From NCBI GenBank assembly GCA_038087875.1, contig JAXLNO010000438.1:620001-684000 (forward strand): a DNA stretch of 64,000 nucleotides. Direction: 5' to 3'. Numbering within the stretch: position 1 is the stretch's first letter; every line of letters begins with the position of its first letter. Both the position numbers and the translations under genes were made by a program. This document shows, in pieces, positions 11,951 to 23,189 of the stretch. This stretch comes from Malacoraja senta. Its lineage: Eukaryota. The notes below the pieces were generated by a model, which was given only the letters and a program-made list of their open reading frames with translations, ran no database searches and was not told the DNA's origin.

Positions 11951-13239
11951 TTTCACACATCTGAACAATTATATATGTACAGTATTTTGGGGGTCCCCTG
12001 ACTGAACATTAGCACCAAATGCAACACCTGATCAGCACTTCACATAAGGTGAAATCTGAGACTGGTGCAGCTGACACTGACAGGATTATTATCAGAGCAA
12101 AGACAAAATTGAAATGAGGGCTGTCAATCAGTTCATGTAAATTAACATTAATATTTTAACATAATTCATCTATAAAGGGGATTAATTGAATGCTCAAGAA
12201 CATATAATTGCAGTACAATCTTCAAAAATGTGCTTGGTAAACACCACCTTTGGACCACATTCAGCTCACCATGTTACGTTACACAATGGATCACAAACTC
12301 TGTTTCTCCCAATTGCACTAGTTGCCTTGGGTGTTTGACGTAGCCACCCATCCCCTGCCCACACACCCCACCTCAACCCCAACTCCTTCAACATCGCACC
12401 CAATCTCTCTTTTTCTCGGGCACTGCTGCACTCCAATAGCTCAAACTATCCCACCGCAGAACCACGAACCCTCATATACCATGGCTGCCTCATTCCTTTC
12501 CCTCATCCTCTGTCTCTACAGCGTGCAGTTAACCATGAGGCACGGATGTGAAGATAACAGCATAGAGAGTACTTCCTAAGCAACTTGTTAGTGTCTAATA
12601 ACGAGGGCAGGCAGCAGGCACTTGACGGTAAATGTATGCACTCTAATGCCCCCAATTCTTATGAGCCCCTGGTGGTTAGTTTTCTCTGTGCTATATAAAG
12701 CTGGAAAGATGAGGTTTGAGTATACTAAGATGGGCATGAATAAAACTGTAACATTCATAAGTTGATTATTCAGAACAAAGTTATCATGTCTTTCTGAAGC
12801 AATAATAAACCAGAAAGTGCTAGCTTGGAAGATCAAACAAACAGTTTACAATCACGGACTAATGAATATGTAGAGTAGACTCCCAATGAAATGAATGTTA
12901 AAACATATATACAATATCAGGCTCGAGCTTATAAAGGATAGAACATGTCCGATATTTTGTAGAACATTATTACTTTTGACCTGTTTGGACTGTGGAAACG
13001 TCATGGCATGGAAAAGCATCAGTCATCAATGATTAATGTAAGTTGTAAAGTGAGACCATCATTCTATCCCTTCACTCGATATGCCTTTGGAGGCAGTGTG
13101 ACTTTTTTTTTCATAATCTTCCATTGGACAAAAAAGCTGCAGGTGAACAGCAGAAACAAAGGACTTGGTGTGCTGAAGAACATGGTCAAAATGAGAGAAG
13201 AGAAAAGCCAGGAGATGTGATAAGTATGCGATCAGTAAG

Positions 13240-13466
13240 GTACAACATAAAAGATGGTTTCACATATCAAGAGCTCATGGTGCTGGAGGTATAATTTTAG
13301 CACGGAAAGAGGATTGGCTAATTAACAGGAAGCAGCGAGTAGTGATAAGAGATTAATTTTCATGTTAACAACCTGTACAAGTGGAGTACCATAGGGATCA
13401 GTTGGGACTACAGCTCTTCACAATAGGCTTTAAGGAATTAGGAGAAAGATGGTTATGTGCTGCAAG
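13240..13466 (+). mobile_element. Degraded CR1 RT fragment, 5' part (host of the hAT insertion)
   Basis: Remnants of HG..G..L....DWL.NRKQRV and SGVP*GS.(L)G.QLF motifs. Confidence 0.7.
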
Positions 13467-15109
13467 CAGGGGCGGATCTACTATGAAACTAATGAAGCTT
13501 AAGCTTCATGGCCCCAGAAGCGACTTTAGTCCACATTGTTTAAACATTTTGGGTCCACTGTATGAGAAGGGTTTTTTAAAAAACAATAATATTAATAATA
13601 TAGTGTAATTCAATACAAAATAATAGTAAAAATAATAATTAAAAGGTTATTAAAGTATCATGTAGGCTAGCCGTAAATGAAAAAACACTCAAATTAAGGA
13701 TGTTTCTTTCTAAATATATTTAATATAAAATAATTATAAATAATTTAAAACACCATTGACATTTATGACAGAAATTAAAACTTTTATTAAAATTATTTAT
13801 CTTAGGCTAGCCGTAATCGAAAAAATGAAAGCATATTTCGTTGCTTGCGGTCATTGTAAAGCACAACCTTTTAGTTACAAAAATAATCTTATAAAACCTT
13901 AAAATATACTAAACATATAATACTATTACGATAAATAATAACAATTTTACCTCTGTACAATTAAAATACAGTAAAAATAAAAGGTAATAAAAATATCTTC
14001 TTTGGTGGATACAACCAGCAGATAACGTGTAGGGGAGCGCTGAAAAGGCAATCACAATGCTAACGTGAATCATGTGATTATCATGTCGTGATAGCACTTG
14101 ATAGCGATCTAGACAATAATGTTTTTCAATAAAGTGTTCATAAGGATACAATATTTTAATTACCCCTTATCAAAAATAAATGTTATATTTAGAAAAGTAA
14201 GGTAAGTGATAAAGGTGAAATAGTGTTAGATTAGCCTAAGCCTATTGTTTTATGAAGAGGTGAACGGAAGGTAGGCTAAGACCGCAGAGCCTAGACTAAT
14301 ACTATATTACAAGTATTTATGAAAAAGTAATAAAAGGGTGAATTTGTGTTAAATTACAGTTGTTTATTATGAAAAGTGTTCAAATAATGGTAAAATTGTG
14401 TTACATTACCTTAGCCTATGAGTTTTGGTCCTAGTCTTTTGCCCAACTTAGTCTAGCCTAGCGTAGCCTAGCTTGAACCTAGTTTAGCCTATTTAGCTTA
14501 TTTATTATAAATCTTTTTTAAAAACGCGCTTTACTTTCTGAGAAAAAAACCCTTTCTCAGAAAGTAGACCTAAAGGTTGTTGACTATTTTGACATTTTGC
14601 AGGAGCTGTATGTTTTCTTTTAAACACACAGGGCAATCTACATTTTATTTCGAAGTCATGTGAGTGACTACATGAAGAGACCGCCAGTCCGCATGCGCGT
14701 CAATACGCGAGACGCAATGCGGCGGGTCGGAGCAGGTACGTAAAATTACTTAAAGGGGCCGCTGCGACAGCGGGCCCAGAGTAGCTGATGGAGGCGGCCG
14801 CTCCTGGCGGCTGCCGCCATTGGAGCTCCATACGGGAGTAGGCAGCTGATTTCGGAGGCCACCATGGAAGCTCCATAGGAGCTCGGTTTTATTATTGCCG
14901 GCCGGATTTAAGCCACCGTGGAACTCCATTAGGAGTTGGGGCTGCCGGTGCGGCTTGGGAGCTCGCTGCTAAAAATAGCAGCAGACGGTGTTTTAATATA
15001 GCCGCGGCTACGTTTCATATCGCTGCTAAGTTACAGCGATCGGTGTTAGCCGCAGCCAGGGCAGCGAACGGCTGCCATAGCGCCTATATATAAAAAACAT
15101 TAAAAATGG

Positions 15110-15292
15110 AAATGCTCCTGAGGCAGCATACGCTGGTATCAGCATTATAGTCTGCTATAGCACCTATACATTTTTTAACATAGAAATACTGCTGAGGCAG
15201 CATACGTTGGTATCAGCATTATCGTCTGCCATAGTGCCAATACATTTTTTAAACATCGAAATGCTGCTGAGGCAGCATACGCTGGTATCAAC
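15110..15292 (+). repeat. Tandem repeat, ~75-bp unit x ~2.5, in the DIRS 5' region
   Basis: aaatgct.ctgaggcagcatacg.tggtatca recurs at ~15110, 15184 and 15259. Confidence 0.9.
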
Positions 15293-15514
15293 ATATAGTG
15301 TGTGCTCTATTCATAGGGGCATTTTTGATATATTACACATAGTTCTTAATTTTTGTCAAAATCTGAAGAACTGGTTAAGGTAGTTAAAAATAGAACTGGC
15401 AGTTTTTAAATAGCAGTTGCTGTTCAGTCACGTTTGTGACTATCGCAGCAGATTGGACATTTATTATCATACACCATATAGTGTAGAAAAATTTGACTTG
15501 CTTTTCGATACAGA

Positions 15515-16860
15515 ATGGGACTCCACTGGAGCGGGTGGCTGTTCGGAGGAACTCCATTGAGGCTCCAGAAAAGAGCTCCTGGCTTGGGAAGCCTTTTTTC
15601 AGCTGTATCTATCAGACACCTGTGGAGCTATACCTAGTGCAGGGTTGCAGTATTTCTCCCACTCTGTCTAGCGGACTATCAGGAAGAGGTGACTCCAATT
15701 ATAATGCCGGCTCATCCGAGTGATATGGGGGCCAGAGGCACTCCAGTCCCTCCCTGAAATACTCCGTTGGGGCTCCAGAAGGGAGTAAGGACTCAGAGTC
15801 ACTTGCAGGTGCAACCTGTCTGGTAAGTATAATGATGATACTGACAGAGCACCGATCTGCACAACTAGTCACGGTTCGGCTCCTAGAGGGAGCAGATTGA
15901 CAACCCCGAGTCGGGGCAAAGTCAAAGCCAAGTCTGTGGGACAAGTCCTGTCGGACGATTTGGGTCAAGGGAATTCTGTCCCCACATCTATGGCAGATGT
16001 GATTGGGCGTTTGTCTGAATTAGAACATCTGATGAATCAGATGGTGGCACGAGAAAAGCTCCGTGTTACAAAGGCATGTCAGGCAGCAGCTCCTGGTTCA
16101 GGGTTGCAATATTCCACCCACTCGGATGAAAGGAGTGGTGGAGATGGTGCCAAAGTATATGCACATATGCCTGAGGCAGCTCCTGGTTCAGGGTTGCAAT
16201 ATTCCTCCCACTTGGATGAAAGGAGTGGTGGAGATGGTGCCAAAGTATATGCACATATGCCTGAGGCAGCTCCTCGTTCAGGATTGCAATATTCCTCCCG
16301 CTCGGATGAAAGAAGTGATGGAGATGGTGCCAAATAATATGCTCCGTATTACGGAAGCATGCACAGGCAGTTCAAATCATATGCCTGTAGCTACCCCTGG
16401 TTCGGTGTTGGAATATTCCTCCCACTCGAAAGACTATCGGAGACGGTGTCACAAAATATGCTCCGTGTCACGGAAGCATGCACAGGCAGTCCAAGGTATA
16501 CGCATGTGGCAACGCCTGGTTCCGGGTGCACTATTTCTACCACTCTAAGAGAGTGTCAGAGATCAGTATGGAACTGACTCCGAACATGACTATGTGCCTG
16601 AATCACTTGCTTTAATTCATGATGTGCGAGAGTCGCATAAGGAAGAGCTGCCTGCTCTTGCCTTTAAATTTGCTGTTCCCTCGGGGACGGACAAGCCACT
16701 ACAAGAGGAGTTGGCCAGCGGCATCAGCTATCTAACAGAAATGACAAGCATGACAGACAAGGTCTGCAAATGGAACCTCGCTGAAGCTCCAACAAGCAAA
16801 TCGACCTGGGGTCAGAGACGCTGGCAAGTAAGGTCTCGTTATTAACCTCCATAAACTCCG
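15515..16860 (+). pseudogene. Disrupted DIRS gag-like ORF1 with in-frame repeat expansion
   Basis: ORF pieces 15897-16337 and 16594-16845 (KPLQEELASGISYL) in the ORF1 position; interrupted by stops and frameshifts. Confidence 0.55.
16079..16530 (+). repeat. Coding-frame tandem repeat: 90-bp (30-aa) unit x ~3 plus ~120-bp related units
   Basis: EAAPGSGLQYSSHLDERSGGDGAKVYAHMP; ctgaggcagc at 16171 and 16261; atatgctccgt..acggaagcatgcacaggcag at 16337 and 16456. Confidence 0.9.
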
Positions 16861-18339
16861 AAATGGAGTAGTCTGTCGGCCCAGGTTTGGGTTTACTGGC
16901 AGCATGGGCTGTCTAGTGTTTTTTTCACTGTCTCTGGGATAGACCAGGTTGATGTAGAGACATTGGCAAAGTGCCTTGCATAGTAACCTCTGTAAGTTCC
17001 AAGTAGGAACAGTTTGGTTACCCTGGTTCAGGGTTGACCATCATTGAACTGGCTGGCCATATGGGTCATATTGACCAGGGAAGCACTGCCTCATCATCTG
17101 TGATTGAGGTTATCAGACTGCTCAGTAGAATGAAGTAGTTGAAGTCTTCCTCAACACATGGTTTAATTTCTCCTCAGTTAGTAGAGTTGCCGGTTCATTA
17201 GGATCATCATTGCCATCCTCTCTGGGATAGGAAGTTACCAGCAGGAAGCTGGTCTGGCATATAATATAATTTTTATCTGACCTGCAGGTTCATGTTGTGA
17301 ATCAACAATGTATTTATAATAATCCATAGGCTCTCAATACCAGTATTCCTGATTGAGTGGCGGGTCGAAGAGATTGTGTTGTGCCCTCTGGCGACTCAGA
17401 CAAGTGGTTTCAGTCAAAGGACTGCGAGACAATTCCTGATTCAGGTTTGCATTATACTAATTTCTACTCTGAGGAAAAACACTGAGTATTCGTGGTGACT
17501 CTTTGTCAAGAGTTGACAGGGCTCGTCAACCACATCAAAGGGAGACTGTGGTTTCAGCTCGTCATAAGGTTCTGATTATATGTTATCAGCGAAATGTATG
17601 AATAACTAGATAATGCATCTTCCGCGGCAAGAGAAGCCAACATTTTTCCGTCCGTATGGTCAATAGAGGAACAGAGGTTCCGAGTGCAATCAGTGACAGC
17701 TCATCCGAGGATGAGTGGTCTGGCCAAGGACTAGAGGGGTATATTTCTGATACTTCTCAAGATTACAGAAACATGGTGCAGGACGAATCAGGTTAGCATT
17801 TAGCTAATCTGATCATGTGTTTAGTTACCCAGGTTAAGATGGATGATTAGCTTTCAGCAATTTAACTGATTCAGAGAATCGATCTTGAAGTTGCATACTC
17901 TGCCATATCTATACACATGAGACACAGTTTCTGGTGTTTTTTGATAACAAAGCCAGTGGTGGAAGCCAATGCTGCCCTACTCAGATTAAAGGGCATTGTG
18001 TCATCGAGTTTTACTAAAAATGCAAAATTTGCAGCTGATAAAACTTAGGGGTTATCAGTAGACCTTTTGCGATATTAAAAATGAGGCAACATGAAATTTA
18101 ATAGTGCCAATTTTGCCTATTTTCACACCATGGTAAGGCGGCTGAAGCAACTCTTATTTACTCAGTCATGTGATGGCTGGGGCAGCCTGTCTTCTCGGGC
18201 AGCTAGCTCTGCACGAGTGTATGAGAAGCTTGTGAACAACATATGTGAGTTACTTTTAAACGGAAGTAACAGAGGTTTGTGTGGCTTTCAGTTTGAGCCT
18301 AGAGAAGCGTTTATGTGATAGCACAATTGACATTGCTTG

Positions 18340-18760
18340 TGCTGATTTGTCATTCTGTATAGTACCATAAGTGGGACAATAAATGATTGGTTATTCACCC
18401 GCTGTTCACTAACGTTATGCAGGGTGTCTTTTATTTGACCACTCTAATAGCCTACACTCATTGTAGTGTGCGATGTATATCAGAAAATTATTATGCAAAT
18501 ATTCTTCTACTATATTCCTAATGGGAGCAGTATTTTTAAGATGATTATGCTTTCAGCAACTGATCTCAGCACAAAGAACACAGTCTTTACTCAATCTCTG
18601 GCTTGGTCTCTAGGTCATAACTGATATTGGGCTAGCTTGTTATGGGAATGATCTCATAAGCAAAATGGGCAGGATTGCGTACATTTGAAGTTGACAGCAT
18701 ACCCACCAGAGCAGAGATCGGGGGTGTCATTAGGTACACAAGTGCACTGAGTTTGCTAGT
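18340..18760 (+). pseudogene. DIRS tyrosine recombinase remnant
   Basis: Short frames HPLFTNVMQGVF (18396), KMIML..SAQRTQSL (18566) and LTAYPPEQR (18691) resemble DIRS YR motifs in the right order; many indels. Confidence 0.65.
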
Positions 18761-19135
18761 ACCTATGAGATGAAAGATAGTTCTTTTTTGTTATTCAATA
18801 GTCTCAAGATAATGCTGATGGCTCATTAGCAGCCAATAGAATGGATATTTTCCCTTTCATCATACAGCAAGAGGCTTACATAGTGCGTGTTAATAAATTA
18901 TAAAATTTGGTTGAATATGTCTGGATATTTGCAGATAAAATTCTGCACAGTGTTGCATGTGTTATTGTATAATTCAACAGTCTATTGGGACTATGGTCCG
19001 GTTAAGAACAATGGCCATGTATGCAAGTTAGCATCATGATATTAATAACCCATGTTTTTCTACCATTAATGGTTTATCTGTTTAAGTGTTTCACACACAG
19101 ATTGAGTTACTGCATGAAACAACAGAGCTTTGAAG

Positions 19136-19247
19136 TCTTCACGTAGTCACTCACGTGACTTCGAAATAAAATACAAAGATTAAACGAGAACTTACCGTTT
19201 GAAGTTTGATCTTTATTTTATGAGAAGTTGAAGTGAGGGAATACGTG
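19136..19247. other. DIRS internal complementary region (ICR)
   Basis: tcttcacgtagtcactcacgtgacttcgaaataaaat pairs with 14642-14678; aaagattaaacgagaac...gaatacgtg pairs with 19392-19464. Confidence 0.9.
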
Positions 19248-19469
19248 CCCTCCACTCCCAACCCTACTTCTCATAAAGACCATTCGGTAGTTTAAGCTCG
19301 TTAATCTTTCTATAGCTTAGGTCAGCAACTATTCTGTGGTTTCATACAGCTGCTCTAAAGATTGACGCGCATGTGGACTGGACGGGCTCTTCATGTATTC
19401 CCACACTTCAACTTCTCATAAAATAAAGATCAAACTTCAAACGGTAAGTTCTCGTTTAATCTTTCTAAT

Positions 19470-20481
19470 TTTCTCTAAAGAGCTTAAGTATAACTAGATG
19501 GTCTGCACACTATGAAGCAGTCTGGACAATTAAAAATGGATATATGGGTATTTTACAAACACTCAAACATATTTTTGAAGACTCAGAAGAGAAGCCTGAA
19601 TGTAATCGAGATGCAAAGAATTCATACCACAAGTTGATAAAGCTGGAATATGCTATTTTAACAGTCGTTTGGGAAGAAGTGCTGGAGCGTTTCAACAAAA
19701 CAAGAAACTCCAAAGCCCAGGCTTTGATGTATTTGATGGTTATCTTCTGCTATCATCTTTACTTTTGTTTGTTCAAGAACTCAGAGAAAATTCAACCGAT
19801 AGGATTGCACACTATGAATCAGAAGCAAAAGGTTTGTGTGAAGATATCACCTCAAGTTATTCTGATGCTTCCAAACGCATTGTTACAACAACATTTTCAG
19901 ATGGAACAAGTGGTATTGCTTCTTTGAGAGGAGCTGACAAATTTAACATGGAAGTTCTATATCAACTCTATGACTGCTTGATAATCCAGTTACGCAAGAG
20001 GATTGACCCATATGAGCAGCATGCGAAAAGGGTCAAGTTCCTCTCAAAACAGGTGAACAATTATGAAATTGATGAGGACAGTATTAAATTTATAATATCG
20101 CATTACAAAGATGATATTGACCACAAATTAGTAAACGAGTGTTATCAGTTGAAAGAATATTTGCACCTTAGGAAATCCCAGAACACAGAAGAAAACACGC
20201 CATCTAAAATGCCACGCGCAGAAGTTCTTTAGCTTATTTGTGAGCAACACCTAATTGACGTGTTCCCCAATATTACTACTGCACTTAAGCTGTACTTGAC
20301 ATTACCTAAAATAAGCTGTGAAGCAGAAAGGAATTTTTCAAAGCTATCCTTTATATAGAACAAATTTCGGTCTACCATGACTGAAGAGCGCATATTGTCT
20401 TTAGAAAATGACATTGCAAGGAAGCTCTCATATGACAAAACTGTACGTGAATATGTTGCTAGAAAAAACAGAAAAAATAGT
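19470..20481 (+). pseudogene. hAT transposase C-terminal half with dimerisation domain (frameshifts and stops)
   Basis: SLKSLSITRWSAHYEAV, VWEEVLERF, and VFPNITTALKLYLTLPKISCEAERNFSKLSFI*NKFRSTMTEER (hATC-like); the upstream piece VDYFDILQELYVFF lies at ~14580-14620, just before the DIRS. Confidence 0.9.
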
Positions 20482-20954
20482 ATTTTGTAAAATGTGCTTC
20501 AAGTAGTATGTATTCTCATATGTGTCTAAAATAAAAGATTTTATTGACTGTGGTCTTTTCTATGTTTTATTTCATCATTCTATGATGCATCATGCATGTA
20601 TATAACATTTCCCCAATTTTCACCCCCCCCATAACTCGAAAACTATAAGGCATAGTAATTTTTTATTCACACCAGGGACTTTGACATGTGAGATAATCCA
20701 GTACAGCAATTTTAATCAAAATCTGAGATGTAGTGATTACATTTTTTTTTAAATTGTGTGGTGATCTGTCATGGAACAACCCCATTGAAGAAAATAACAG
20801 TGGTTACCCAGACCTCGTTGCTGGTTGCAAAGGGGCCCCCATAACAGTTCAAGCTTCAGGGCCCCAAAAATGTAGGACCGCCACTTGCTGCTAGCATATT
20901 AATATGAACTATTAATATGTAATACTAATATGTACACATATTATTATATTATAT

Positions 20955-21325
20955 TAGCAGATGGTACAAAAATAAGGACAAAGCTAGCTATAAGGGGGAT
21001 ATAAACAACTCGCAGAGAGATTTTGATAGGTTAAATGAGTGGGCAAAAAGTCGGCATAATGTTGGAAAATGTGAGGTTGCTCCTTTTCAAAAGGAAGATT
21101 GATTAAAATAAAAATCATTATTTAAATGGAAAAGAATCAGCAGAAACTGCAGCATGAAGGGATTTGGTTTTTATTTTACCCATGAAACACAGCATGTTGG
21201 TACAGGTAACAGGAAGTCCAATGGAATGCCCATGTTTAAACAAAAAACAAAGGCTGCATGTAAAACTACATGTAGAGTACTGTGCACAGTTTCATCACCT
21301 TATTTAAGGAAAGGTATAATTCTAG
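20955..21325 (+). mobile_element. Degraded CR1 RT fragment, 3' continuation of 13240-13466
   Basis: gcagatggtacaaaaata (ADDTK-like), RDFDRLNEWAK, NVGKCEV, EYCAQF.SPYLRK remnants. Confidence 0.7.
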
Positions 21326-21404
21326 AGTGAAAATAAAACAAAATAAATTGCAAACATTGGAAATCTGAAAGAAACAGAAAATGCAGGACAGAGTGCATGC
21401 TTGT

Positions 21405-21730
21405 TTCGAGAGATCCAGCACAGAAACAGACCCTGCGGGCTTCTGAGTACTCGTCGACCAGCAATAACCCATTTACATAAGTTCTATGTTATCTCACTTT
21501 TACATCCACTCCCTACATGTAAGAGGTAATTTACAGAGGCCAATTAACTTACAGACCTGCATGCCTTTAGGATGTTGGAGGAAACCGGAATGGCCAGAGG
21601 AAACCCCCGTGATCACAGGGAGAATGTGCAAACTACACACAGACTGGAGTCAGGACCCAACATCAGGATTGAACCTGTGTCTTCGGCGCAGTGATATAGT
21701 AGCTCTACCAGCTACACCATTGTTTCGCCT
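21405..21730 (-). mobile_element. tRNA-derived SINE (older HE1-like copy)
   Basis: Diverged match to the other SINE copies. Confidence 0.75.
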
Positions 21731-21751
21731 CAAGCACGTTGCAAGAGAGAA

Positions 21752-21880
21752 AGTCTGAAGAAGGGAACCCGAAACGTCACCTATACCTTCTCTCCAGAGA
21801 TGCTGCCTGTCCCGCTGAGTTACTCCGGCAGTTTGTGTCTATCTTCGGGATAAACCAGCATCTGCAGTTCCTTCCTATAT
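21752..21880 (+). mobile_element. Penelope-like pLTR fragment with hammerhead-like core
   Basis: agtctgaagaagggaacccgaaacgtcacc...ccagcatctgcagttcc. Confidence 0.75.
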
Positions 21881-22409
21881 ATTCAGAAGTCTCTTATGTC
21901 TCCACTGGCAAAGATAATTTTTAATGCAGGAAAATTGGCTTGGAAAGTCCTTATGTTAGATTTATTTTAAATGTGTCATGGCAACAAAACAATATTTTCC
22001 TGTTGAACATCAAGAGCAAACAATTGTGGTTAAATGTAATATCGAATTGCTGCAGCTTAGAGGGCAGATGTAATTTGAAATGTATAAATATGTATTCCAA
22101 AGTTCTGCTATTCTTTAGTCCAGAAAATCTGGTATTGCTTGGTTATGAAAAATAATATCTGTAGCAATCAAATGCTGAGAATTAAATAGATGGCATTATT
22201 ATGATATTTTGCCACTGTCTGTCCAGGCAATTTTGTACTCTAAAATAAAAATAAAAACAGAGACTGTCCATGGAAGGAACTGATTACAATGAAGATGAAG
22301 AGAAGATTCTTTTAGTCACCATTTTAGAAAATGTCAAAGCAAGAAGCATTGATTCTTTTTTTTTAAATTTCAAAAACGAATCCACTCATTTTAAAGCAAG
22401 GCATGACCT

Positions 22410-22762
22410 GGAGGAGCAGCAATACCCTGATGGAGAGATTTGCTGGTGCTACATGGGAGGTTTTAAACCAGTGCAGCAGAGGATTAGTGCACAAACCAAT
22501 AGTGTGGCACATGTAGAAATAGAGTCTGATATAGATGCCAATGTAAGTAGAATGGACAAGCAGCAGTAAGTCAGGGAGGTAGGAATGTGTGATGGGGATA
22601 TTGTCCAGTGAGGCTACTTGGGTGAAATATAGATATAACAAGGAGATGGTCACTATGAGAGGAGTGTATTTTTAGCCCCGCCACCCCAGTAGTCAGCGGG
22701 AATTAGAGGAGTAAATACGTCAGAAGATTGCAAAAAGCTGTAAGAATAATAGGGCCGTAACA
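22410..22762 (+). mobile_element. Degraded CR1: ORF1 end and endonuclease remnant
   Basis: NTLMERFAGATWEVLN; SSEATWVKYRYNKEMVTMRGVYF..SSQRELEE*IRQKIAKSCKNNR. Confidence 0.65.
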
Positions 22763-23189
22763 TTGCACCCCCCATTTAGGAACAAAGCATCGTAAGTAGC
22801 TGAAGTGTCAATAAGAGAACACTTTTGATCCATGGCCATAATTCTATTAGTTTTAAAATAGTTAAATAGTTATGAAAAAAAAGATAGGAATGGTCCACAA
22901 ACGTAAGTCCCAAATTGGGGAATATCAAATTTTGAAGGTACATGTACACCACCGATTTTCTGGCACACTTGGTTCCAGAGCCTTGCCTGATTATCCGTTT
23001 TGCCTGACCAACAGAGGTCACATAATAATAATTTAACAATACACCTCTGACCCACTAATTATACCCCTCCCATGTCTCCAAAGCACCGCGGACTGCTAGA
23101 AACTTCATTAATTATAACAAAAGCAATTAACTCTTACGGGACAGAGGCACACATCCCGAGAGCGCACGCTCTCGGGATGTGGCCACCTG

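Larger units (their letters stand above)
14642..19466 (+). mobile_element. DIRS1-type retrotransposon, non-autonomous or degenerate
   Basis: Left ITR core (14669-14704) is inverted with 19361-19397; ICR at 19136-19247 is the reverse complement of the left end plus the right extension; YR remnants present; no extended TSD. Confidence 0.9.
13467..20886 (+). mobile_element. hAT-superfamily DNA transposon (Tip100/ZMYM1-like transposase remnant), internally deleted, carrying a nested DIRS
   Basis: Imperfect 14-bp TIRs caggggcggatcta / taggaccgccactt; 8-bp TSD gctgcaag (13459-13466) / gctgctag (20887-20894); subterminal aagcttca.ggcccc near both ends; transposase remnant inside. Confidence 0.85.

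Noticed and set aside
15110..16530. Regularly spaced repeats as a CRISPR-like array
   Set aside because: Units are contiguous tandem copies without unique spacers, there are no cas genes, and the context is a vertebrate retrotransposon.
22270..22569. 99-aa ORF as a host exon
   Set aside because: Overlaps CR1 ORF1/endonuclease remnants read in another frame; no convincing splice context.
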